From Nymphaea colorata (Eukaryota), in the NCBI RefSeq assembly GCF_008831285.2, contig NC_045138.2, positions 9,548,001 through 9,612,000 of the forward strand: a stretch of 64,000 bases of DNA, in the 5' to 3' direction. Shown one piece after another: positions 1-11,439 of this stretch. Numbering within the stretch: position 1 is the stretch's first letter; each line of letters opens with the position of its first letter. Position numbers and translations under genes: made by a program. Under the pieces are notes generated by a model. It was not told where the DNA came from. It was given only the letters and a program-made list of their open reading frames with translations, and did not search any database.

Positions 1-2362
1 TTGGCCTCATCCTTACGTCAATTTGTTCTGGTATTCTTTGATGATATATTGATTTACAACAACGAATTGGCCTTGCACACTGAGCATCTTTCGATGGTGC
101 TAGAGTTACTCCGCGTGAACAATTCTACCTCAAGTTATCCAAATGTGAATTTGGCATGACTCAAATCAATTACCTGGGACACGTCATATCGGGAGAAGGA
201 GTCAGTACCGACCCAAAAAAAGTTGAGGCCATGATTAGTTGGCCTACACCCAAAACGATAAGAGAATTGCGGGGCTTCCTCGGCTTAACCGATTACTATC
301 GAAAGTTCATACGCAATTATGGTGTGGTGGCGCAACCCCTAACTAAGCTCCTCAAAAAAGATGCCTTCTGCTGGTCTCCAGAAGCGGACGAGACTTTCAC
401 AAATCTAAAGCACCTCCTATCGACTTCTCCCATCCTTGCATACCCTAACTTTAATAGCGAATTTGTGTTGGAGACAAATGCATCAGAGCGAGGCATCGGG
501 GCAATCTTAACTCAAAACGGGTGTCCAATTGCATACATGAGCGAAACATTAGGCCCTCGTAATGCCGGCTTGGCCACCTACGAAAAAGAGTTGATGGCTG
601 TCCTTTCAGTGGTGACGCGTTGGCGGCATTATTTGGAAGGAGCCCATTTCATGATCAAGACGGACCATCGCAGTTTACAATTCCTCTTGGATCAGAAAGT
701 TCATACAAACTTGCAACGAAAGGGTGTCTCTCGCTTGATGGGGTTGAATTTCTCTATCGCATATTGAAGGGGCTTCGATAACAAGGCGGTTGATGCTCTA
801 TCGCGCTTCACGAAGATAACCAGGGGTGAAATTCCAACTAGCAACGAGGTGCTCGCTATTTCATCAGTCATTCCAGCCTGGAAGGCTTCGATTGAGAAAA
901 GTTATCTTGGCAATACCAAGGCAACTCAAATCAAGGAGGAGTTATTAATTACTCCTGATGGCAAACCAAATTTCAAGCTACAACAAGGTCTGCTGAGGTA
1001 CAAGAGCCGTTTTTATATAGGCTGTTCCGGAAATCTTCGCCACGAGATCATTTTTACACGATGCGGCAGTCGGAGGGCACTCGGGCAGGTTAGCAACTTA
1101 CAAACGAATCAAAAGGCATTTTTATTGGCCTGGCCTCAAGAAGGAAGTTGATACCTATATTGCTAACTGTGACACATGTCAGCGATGCAAATCAGAAACC
1201 GTTGCAAACTCCGGTTTACTTCAGCCTCTACCAATTCCAACAGGCAATTGGAAGGATATTGCGCTTGATTTCATTGAAGGGTTGCCTAAATAGCATGGCA
1301 AGGATGTGATATTAGTAGTGGTAGATCGATTCTCTAAATACGGCCACTTCATTGCCATGGCCCATCCGTTCACTGCCATTCAAGTGGCACAAACTCTCTT
1401 CGACAACGTGTTCAAACACCATGGGTTTCCCGAAACAATAGTCTCAGACCGAGACAAGGTCTTCACCAGCAATATGTGGCGTGAGCTCTTCAAAACTTTT
1501 GTCACACAACTGGCCCTTAGCTCAGCATACCATCGCCAATCCGATGGCCAGGCGGAAAGACTCAATCAATGCCTCGAACATTATCTAAGAGCGATGTGTT
1601 TCAATCGACTTGACACCTGGAGCATATGGTTGTCACTCGCTGAATTCTGGAACAATAGTTCCTACCATACTACCATCAAGAGCTCACCATTCGAAGTGGT
1701 TTATGGTTACTTGCCACCTCCCATTTCCGGAATTCGAGACAAACAGCCCTCGATGGCCGTGGTTGCAGATTATACCACCAAACATGCTCAAACGGTGCGC
1801 CTATTATCTGAATCGCTTGCTAAAGCCCAAAATCGCATGAAGATACAAGCTGACAAATGACGAAGTGAGAAGGAGTTCGCTGTAGGAGATTGGGTGTTCT
1901 TGAAGCTCCAGCCTTACAGGCAAAGCTCAATGGCAATCCGTACCAACCTCAAGCTTGCCGCCAAATATTATGGACCCTTCTGCGTCATAGCTCGGGTAGG
2001 ATCGGTGGCTTACAAACTTGATCTACCTCTGTCCTGCGCAATCCACCCAGTTTTTCATGTGTCGTTACTTAAACGACGAGTTGGAGAAGGGCAGGTACCA
2101 AGCACTACACCACCTGTCGTTACTTAAGGATGGTCTAATTCGATCAAAACCAGAGGCAATATTGGATCGCCGTTTAGTGAAGCGTAATAATGCGGCAGTC
2201 GTCCAAGTACTTGTCAAATGGGCCAATTTACATGATGAAGAGGAGACATGGGAAGATTATAGTGCGCTTAAGGCTCAATTCTCCATCATATCAAAATTGA
2301 ATCAAACTGCTATTCTTGAGGACAAGAACAGTTCCAAGGGAGGTCGAATGTCACGACCTTAG
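1..2362 (+). mobile_element. Ty3/Gypsy chromovirus pol (RT end, RNase H, integrase, chromodomain), degenerate and cut by the window edge
   Basis: VFFDDILIY RT motif at 31-57. RNase H region ETNAS...YEKEL...KTDH. Integrase HHCC (H-D-AAVGGH...C-DT-C) and IVSDRD core, YYGPF motif, then chromodomain PEAILDRR...VLVKW...TWED. Stops at ~765, ~1290 and ~1858 plus frameshifts. Confidence 0.95.
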
Positions 2363-2670
2363 CCGAAGGTGTCTACCGTGGCATCATGGCAACAGTTAGT
2401 AGGCGTCATGGTCATAGTTAGTGTTCAGTTGAGTTTATTTCAGTTGTTCCAAGAAGTGGGTTGTTCCACATTTTTAGCGATGAGTTATCCCTGTTAGTGG
2501 CAGAGTGGGTCTACCACGATCCCCTGTTTTGAGGCTTCCACTTCTGCTAGAGGAGTATAAAGGAATATAAAGCCCTTAGTTGTGAATGGAATTGATCCCA
2601 ATTCTTCCTCACTTCTCTCGTCTCCTCCCTCCTACTCTGCTATCTTCCTCAAGACTCTGTTTAAACAACA
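2349..2670 (+). repeat. 3' LTR of the Gypsy element (right end approximate)
   Basis: Purine tract AAGGGAGG just before TGTCACGA at 2349; TATA-like TATAAA near 2566; CT-rich tract; candidate end ...AACAACA near 2670. Confidence 0.65.
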
Positions 2671-2830
2671 AATATCCACTGCTTGCATTACTAAAGGTGT
2701 GGATACTGCATTCATTTTCCCTGTCCTCGTTTGGTGCCAAGGCATAGTTCAGCAGTAGAGCCCTTTGGTCACAAAGTACGGGGAAAATAAACCACAGTTG
2801 CTGTTCATACCACAGCCCAGGCTGTAGCCA

Positions 2831-4433
2831 TTACAAGGTAGCTCCTGCAGAGAGAGTGAATTCCTTTGGAACATGTTTGGCCACAAATGATGCAATGAGA
2901 GGGTTAACAAGATCGGGTGCTTCATCCTTCACAAAAGAAACCAAGTCATAAAACGGGGTGAAATTGTGGAGGATAAAAGAAAAAGGTAGACACTGTCATT
3001 GTTCACTATCATACCTGTGGGCAATGACCAACATCGGGGAGTATGACAAAGTCTTCTACTGTCTCGAAGTCTGCATATGCTTTTCCAAGCTTAATTGGCT
3101 CCCATGGATCTTTATCACCCCAAGCAATAAGTACTGGGCACTGAAATTTTTTTTCATGTTCTAACCATCAGATAGGCTTTCAGAACATGCAAAACACTCC
3201 CGTGAATGGATAAGCAGAAAGAATTTAGATCACCTGGACTTGACCAAGCAATTCTTCAGGTAGAGGGCCGCCTGAATAACATATGAATTCAAGAAAGACT
3301 TCAGCAGCACCAGGTTCCAGACCCGGCAAAAGGATCTTTTGGACCAACTCGTCTGTAACCTTGGACTTGTCATAATAACACTGCATTAGTGCCAAAAAAT
3401 CAGACTGGCGTTTAATTTTGTCAGCAAGTAGAAGCAGCTGCTACGACAATGGGAAAAGAATGGGGTATAACAGTGTATTTCAGACACTCGGAAGAAACAT
3501 ATACACATGCTTATGTCCTTCCCAGTATTAGATTAGGATCTTCAGAAAACAAATGGATGATAGCACATCTAAAGCATGAGCATAGATAAGCATGGCAGTG
3601 AACGGATGTCGCATGGCAGTGAATGAATGTCCGTATTGAAATTCTGATCTTATTTTGCATAAACCCATTTCACAAATGGAAGATAACAAATGAAAATGAA
3701 ATGCCAGAACATGGAGGCTTAGGTGAAAAAAGTGCAAGGTTTAGTCATATACTGTAGATGAGGCTAAGGAAAGAGTAAGTCGATGTAACATAATAAAAGT
3801 CTATTTGCGAAAGAGAGACGTTTCAGATTGGGTTATGAAAAACCAGAAGGCATCTTTTTGCACACCCAAAGAGAACATGGGGTTGTTTACACTTTGAAAT
3901 TTGAATCCTCCTTTTGTGGGTGATACAGAGGCCAAACACCAGACTGCTGTTTACAGCTTCTTCAAGCCTTCATTACTTTTGCCTAGAAACTTGGAAACAT
4001 AATCCTTCTGACCTGACCACACTGAAAGAATTCATTCTTGGAAGGCACCATTGCCCATGGAAGAAGCTTCTTTTTTGGAGAATTGTGACAAGGACATGGC
4101 ATTGGACCATCTCTCCTGACTGCCAACCAGAGTTACCAGAAGTGCATGTAGGGCCTCATACGTGTGCTTCCCAGGAAGCATGCTTAGGAAGTGGGACACC
4201 AGGCGCTTTAGAGGTGCCTGGGAAACCAAGGTTGGGAGGGGGGGGAGGGGAAAGAAAGTGCACTTCCTTCTGGGAAATTAAGTGCAAAAAAGAAAAACAA
4301 GTGGGCTTCCCATTTAAAGGAAGCAAGCTTCACAGGGAGCTTCCTACTTCCAATTTCTGGAAATCTATGTAACATGGGTACTACTTTGAAGGAGCAGTAC
4401 CCAAGTTTTCTGAAGAAACATGAGCTTCCTACT

Positions 4434-4464
<31 letters not shown>

Positions 4465-7400
4465 GTGAGGCCATACCCCCGCACCCAAGTTTTCTGAAAT
4501 GGTCCGTACCCGTACCCGCACCGGCACCCGTACCTATGTGACATAGCTGAAAATTAAGATTCCTATAATTGAAAATCTTAATTTTCACATAAATACATCC
4601 TTATTCTATAGAAAATCTAAATCGCACGATTACCCAAACCTCAAACATAATTTTACAAAAAACCAACAAATGATGATTTTAAAGCATTAAGGACAAAAGA
4701 CGGCCGATGACCTTTCTTAACTTTGTCTATTAAATTTTTTGTTTATATTTTATTCTTGATCATACAAGTTATCTTAGTACAATATTGTAATGAGTATATT
4801 TAATGATACTTGTAGTCTTATTGTATGCAATGTGGTTTCTTAACATGTAATGTTGCTTACTCTTTTATGATAAATGTCTTTCTAGCTGACTTACAAATGC
4901 TTGTAAGAGATGTATCTTGTTAATTGATTGCATATATCAAAATCTTCATGTTTCACTTTCTTAGTCATGACTTATAATTCTTTGTTAGATAAAAAGATCA
5001 TAATTTAACTTCTTAATTTACTTTTTCACTTCTAAATTTGTTCTCTTTCTTATTCCAACCTGCTTCAGGTTTGATTCCATTTTTGCTTATGGTTCACTTC
5101 ATGGTCCATTTTCAATTTAGTTCCTAGTTTGCTTCTAGATCTTTGACTGCTTTCCCCGTCCTAAAATCTTTGAGGCCTCTGTTCATGCTTCTACTTCCTG
5201 AATCACTTGTCCCTCCCACTTCCACAGTCAGTAACTCTGTTTTCAACAGGCCTAGAAAGGATACCAACACTAAATATAGGGGGAAAGGGACACTAAGAAT
5301 GGTCAAAACAAGGCCCACTACTTCCTAGAAGACATATACATGCCTTTAGATTTTATTTTTATGATAAAAAGTTGAAAGTTAAGTTACCAAATAACAAATG
5401 CATACTTAGACTATGCTACAATCAAAGACCACAAACAGAGATCCTTGTAGCATATTCACATGTCCACCACTAAAATGACCCTTCATGTCCAAATGAAAAA
5501 AACTGCCTTGGCATGACTATAATCGCCTCTAACTCAATGCTCTCAACATGCCCCGAAAAATGCAGATGATCCTGAAGACACAGGACCTGTCCCTTTTTCC
5601 CCTAACCTGAGGCCTCATTTTTCATAACTTATTTGTTCCCCCCAGCATTGATTAGTATCTTTTTATTTTTTTTCAAGTAAAATACTCTTATCTGCTTATC
5701 ATAGTGTTGCAAATCATGCACTAAACTTCATCTTTATATGCTATGGAGCTGGAAAACTGAAAAATCAACCACATAGCATAGCCACAAATATCATTCTCAG
5801 GTTTTTATTGGCATGGTTTTTCTCAAGTATTTTTGGCAAAGTTGTTCTTTTTCAGGAAAATCTCAGGAAGATCTCGGAAATTTAAAAAAAAAAATACAAA
5901 AATCAAAATGCTAAGTAAAAATAAAATAAACGAGAAACTAATAAGAAGTCATAAAAGAACATCTAGTGAAAAATTAAAATGATAAAGTAATAAGCATTGT
6001 ATTCCATGTAGGATGTGTTAAATCATTGTCATAAAAAACACGTCTTATTCAAAAAAAAAACGTGACAAAAACGTTAAAAATAAATCACCGAAAAACACAA
6101 GAAAGAAACGTGTTTAAAAAAAAATGAACAAAAGCCCAAAAAACATGCTTTATTCACGACATATTTATTTTTTGGGTTCCTTTCACGTTTTTTCACCTTT
6201 TTTGTGTGTCCCACCTTTCTTTCGTTTTTTTCATTTTTTGCATTTTCTTCACGGTTTTTACATTTCTTAATTACCAGATTTTTATTTTCATATTTTTGAC
6301 ATTTTATTTTTACTTTTCTAGCTTTTTTAAAATTTGCTGAGATTTTCCTGAGTAAAACAACTTTGTCGTATTATATTCAAGAAAAATTTCGCTGTTTTGT
6401 ACCCGAAAATGGTATTTGTGACAATGCATTAAATACCTAAAATAAGAAGAAATAAAACAAACAAGCAAAGTTGAAAAAAATGAAAACAGAAAATGAAATA
6501 AAAATAAACTGTTTCTTATTTTTTTGAAAGTATAGTGATTTTTTCCCTTTTTTGTTGTTTTCATTTTTTTGATTAATAACAAAGTATTTGTAGCTATGCT
6601 GTATGGTCGTGTTAACACTTTTGATGCTACAAAAACTAAATTTCATTCGTGAAAAAGTGATGCTGAAGAAATCGAATAGTTTAGGTACAAGAAAGAATAG
6701 CTTCAATCCTGTGGCTTCCATGGAATGAAAAAAATGCATCCTAAGTAGAGAATTGGTCAATATATCAGCAACTATACAACATAACTCAATTGAAGTGAAT
6801 CTCAAAATTTCCTTCCAGACCAAATATCAGCACAACTTAGAAACATTTATCACCATTTGTCTTTAACGCATATCATAAATGCTTCAACGTGAAGAATCTT
6901 GATACATTAGAATGAATTCAGAACCTGAGAAAGAATGCTTTTCACGGACTTTGGTGTGGCGACAGCCTTGAAAAAGATTTTCCCCAGATCTGTATTTCTG
7001 TTAGGAAGATGAAAATAAAAAGATAAAGCAACAATTTAATGTGGCACTGGTAAACAGACAAATTTCATTTTGGTTATCCACATACCTTAGAAGATTCTGG
7101 AATGCTCGAATCAACGGCCTTGCATACCATGGTTGTTTTTTAATATGAAGCATACGCAAAGAGATGTTGAGAAGAAGCAACCCACAACATAACTTAGGTT
7201 CCATGATAGCTGCTTGAAGGCCAACTATTCCTGAATTTATCACGATAAAAGATGGAAATCACTTGTCTGCACCTTGTGGTTACTAAAATTTCTAAAGAAA
7301 ATAAACAAGAAACAAGTCAATTCAAATGTTTCACTTTCAGCCAACAAATATGTGAGTATAAAACCATGAAATATTTCAATGGGGTGCAAGAGTTAATGAA

Positions 7401-10400
7401 GTACCAATGTGGTGATCATGTTGGTGGTATTACTTACAGAACAGATAACTGCTTTCTATAAAATATTAGTCATGCAATGTTCCAATGGGTTATTGACATT
7501 GGCAAGCTTTTGAAATAATCATAGACAAATAATCATTGTAACACATTTAGACTGTTCATTGGAAATTTTATGGTTAGCCTTTCTTGGAAATTCTATAGTT
7601 TTACATCATTTAAAAGTTTGATAAGATGGAGTTCCAGAAAAGGATAAATTACACTTCACAAACATACACATTCATGAGATAACAACAATGCACAGAAATA
7701 TGAGCAAAAGAAAAAGTTTTGGAGAACACATATTGATTTTTTTTTTCCCAAAAGAAGGAAAGAGGAAGAAGATTTCCCATTAAAACATGAAGAATGATTT
7801 TTTTCCCTGATACCATATTACCTTTTAACAGATTTTCAGATCAACCAACAAGAAAACACTAGCATGACATTCCAGTAGACAATCAAAGTCTGGATACCAG
7901 TGGTTCAGAAACATGAACAATCATTTTTATCAGCATGTAAATTTTTTATGTTTATAAAAAAAAACAATAGACAGCTGGGTCAGTCTGAATCTCTTTAACA
8001 TGGCAAAAAAAAAAAAAAAAAAGATAACACTAGAATCCAGTTTAATCTGTACAAAACAAAACAGAAGGTTCCAAGAAAACCTACACCTTGCAATCAAATA
8101 GAGTATTGTAATCAATTTCTAATAATATATTCATGTGCTGAAAAAGGCTTACTTCAAAAAATTTTGTGTTTAAGGCATTGTTAGTAATACTGTATTCAAG
8201 TGGGTACCCATGGAAAATTATGTTCCTACTTAAATGCAAACACAGGCTAAATCCATGGTTATCCTCAATTACCTGAAAAGGAAATAGGTCAAGCGACTCA
8301 GACATGACTTACATACTCATTATCCTCAATTACCTGAAAAGGAAATAGGTCAGGCGACTCAGACATGACTTACATACTCACCTCCTATGGAGTTGCATAT
8401 GAAAAAAGCCTGGTCTTTGATTACTTCTGAACAAAAATCATTCAGTTGAGCCCCCCATGTCTCAAAGGTATATAGGGGCTTGACCTTCAGCTTTGGGTTT
8501 GGCTTGTCAGAATATCCGTAACCAAGAAGATCAATGGAATAAACTCTGTATGAACTTGAAAGATAAGGCAGGTTGTTTCTCCAGTGATCACTATCCAGAA
8601 CCAAGAGACAACATCAAAGGAACTGTTGTAGCATAGTTACCGGGAAAATTGACAACTAATAAGAAGATTGGACTTTGGAGAACCCTGCAGTTATGAGCAA
8701 CACTAGCTTTGCAGTTTTATGTGAAATTCTTTAAAAGATAGACAAGGCATGTAAGAAAATGGGACACTCCGAAAAAAAAAGTGAAAAGGCAACAGGGGAG
8801 ATTAGGATATCAGAAAAAGTCACAAATGACACAAAAGAAAAGGTCTCATTGAGAGCCACAATTCTCCTAAAGAGAAAAAACAACTTTGAAGGAAAAGTGA
8901 ACTTTTATTCCTAAAAATTTATAGGAGAGACATAATTGTTAAGAGGTTTAAACTGAAGAAGCTAGACAAGAAAACCAAGTCAAAAAGTGATTAGAAGCAG
9001 GCAACTGGAAAGTTGTAGGAAGCATGCTAAGCAATCAAACCATATCAATATCAGAATTAAACTAGAAGACAAAAGAAAATTGAACAGGGCCAACGCGATT
9101 ACAAAATAAAAACTACTAACCAAAGCATGAAAGCCTATGTTATGCATAAATTAAAGAATACATTGGCAAATGAACTTTAACCTTGCTTTGTCCTCTAATT
9201 TTAAACTTTGTAACACCTATATGAAACCACCTGACAATATACATTTTGTTGTTCACATTTCAACCATCAAGAGATAATTAAAAATATAAATGGAATTTTC
9301 ATGCAATAGCCAATTTGTTTAAGAAATTCTGATTATGTAGGATAAGAAATTAAGAATCATTAATTCTTAGGAACAAAACTATTTAAAGAAAATAATAAGG
9401 TTAACTAACTTTTTATACTATTCAAACTAATTAAAGAAAGAATAAGGTTAACAAACTTGTGTGTGACTCTTTTAAAGCTTATGTATGTCATCACTGCATT
9501 TCAGGTGCTAGTCGTACTACAAAGTGCATGAGAAATGAAAATATGTTAAACAGGCAAGCCACTAACTAAATCTGTTGCATATGGATACCATGCGCGTGAG
9601 CACATCAGAGCATCTCATTTGCAACCAGATGAGGAGAAAATGGCTCAGGATGATACTGCAAAAACAAAAGCCATCTCACATTAGATTAATAACAGAAACT
9701 TGGTGGTTTTCCTAAAAAGTGAGTTCCAATCATCAGAATCGAGAAGCACAATCACAAAAAAAAAGAAAAACAGCATACCAAGGCAATCAACATACGAAAA
9801 TCCATACAGTTCCATATTTAAAAGGATAAATAAATTCTACGCACCTGTTTGCACCAAATCCATGGATTAAGACTAAAGCAGGTCCACTATGTCCAGCAAA
9901 TTGATAACGAATCTGATAACCTCTCCACTTCCACAATCTACAACAATCAAACAAAAATATTCAGTTTCTGGGTATTGAATGGCAACCCAGACTAGAAACC
10001 TCTTCAGGGCAGCAATAAAACCCTTCTTGAATGTACCTCAGGGGTCCCAGGTTGTACACCTATAGCTTTGGCTTGCATGAACAGTGAAACTAATGAGAAC
10101 AGAATCATGAGTATGCATCACCACGAAAAGCCACCCCATTGTACCAACCCCTTGGGATCTAGAAAGTAGTCATTGTGACAAAAGTTGTCGATGACATGCC
10201 ACAACAAAGGAGTATAAAATGGTCCTTATAAGAAATTTGATGATGACATAAATCTCTCCTAGACAATGACATAAATCTAGAATAGTACTGACAATAGAAG
10301 AAAAATGCTCCTAATTTATCTCCAAATCAAACGTAAGTGGTCGATCACCCATCAAAGTAACTTCATCACAGAAGCAGCAAATTCAATCAGGAACTCTGAA

Positions 10401-11235
10401 GAAGCAATAACTCATGTCAAAAGAATGCATGCCTTCCTTTTTTTGTATATGTGTGAGAGCACTGAATGACCATTGCTTGCTACTATTACAATCTGACAAT
10501 TAAAATCCTTGGAAACTTTAGGGCATGATGTAGCGAACATGCGGAACGGATGGCTACATCCAAAGAGGCAAAACTAATTCATCTCCATTAGATGAAGCCA
10601 TCTCACCCCATTTTGATTGGGTACAAAACGAATATATTGAACAGCTGATCAATGAAACCCCTTAAATGGCATTACTTCCTTAATATAGAATTCTTCTTGT
10701 CCTCTTTGTTTATTGGTTCTTCCTTTTCTTGTGCCAATCCAGCATAAGTTTGCTGTTTGATGTAGTAACTACATAATTTGAAAAAAGTGCACGATCAATA
10801 AGCACAAAATCACACGACCAATATGAAGCATCCATGGTAACCATCAGACAAGATCTAGTTAAACGATAATAAACGATTGGGTTACCCCGTGCGAACTACG
10901 GCCTCCGAGGAATCGACAGAAGAAGAAGAAGATGGCGAGTCATCTGAACCGAAGGCACCCTGCTCCTCCTCCTCACTAGGACCAGAGAGTGAGGCAGCGG
11001 CGGCAGGGAAGGGCCGTGGCCCCCATCTATCGAGACGACACAGAGGAGACGGCTCTCTCCAGCAGAACCCAAGACTAGGCCGTGCATGGCCATGAATATT
11101 GTTATCGATGGAGACTCCACCACTCAACAAGGCGGTAACGGATGCATAGCTGTTGCTCCTGGCCAAATTCTGCCGTTGTTGAAGGACATTGTGATTCGCA
11201 AGGGTGCAGAAGTTGGAAGCATTCAAGCAAGCCAT
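2831..11235 (-). CDS. Alpha/beta-fold hydrolase, pheophytinase-like (At5g19850-like), 412 aa, probable plastid transit peptide
   Basis: Exons 11235-10886, 9937-9845, 8590-8382, 7230-7086, 6997-6925, 3380-3234, 3140-3015, 2926-2831; total 1239 nt, all GT-AG, phases consistent. Motifs LVLIHGFGANSDHW, SIDLLGYGYSDKP, nucleophile elbow CNSIGG, WGDKDPWEP, GHCPQDE. Ser/Ala-rich N-terminus. Confidence 0.93.
4365..4546. mobile_element. hAT-type MITE (family A) in hydrolase intron 5
   Basis: Termini CTATGTAACAT...ATGTGACATAG; flanks CTGGAAAT / CTGAAAAT (7 of 8 match, TSD); GTACCC subterminal repeats. Confidence 0.75.
5777..6426. mobile_element. AT-rich non-autonomous TIR element (related to family B)
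   Basis: Termini CATAGCCACAAATA...TATTTGTGACAATG. A-rich left half and T-rich right half resemble 30076-30447 and 43107-43514. No TSD resolved. Confidence 0.5.
8259..8380. repeat. 61-bp tandem duplication at the 5' end of hydrolase intron 3
   Basis: 8259-8319 and 8320-8380 differ by one base. Confidence 0.9.
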
Positions 11236-11335
11236 CCTTATTTTAATCTCCAATCTTCGCTACTTTGTTTGTTCCTTTTCTTCTTCTTTCTTCGACTTCT
11301 TTGCTAACTACGGATTTCATTCCTCGGAGCGAGCA

Positions 11336-11366
<31 letters not shown>

Positions 11367-11439
11367 AACGTGTCAGCTTGTGCTTCAAAATTTTCTCATC
11401 CTGCGAGAACCGTACGTTTTTGTTTGGCGATGGATGCGT

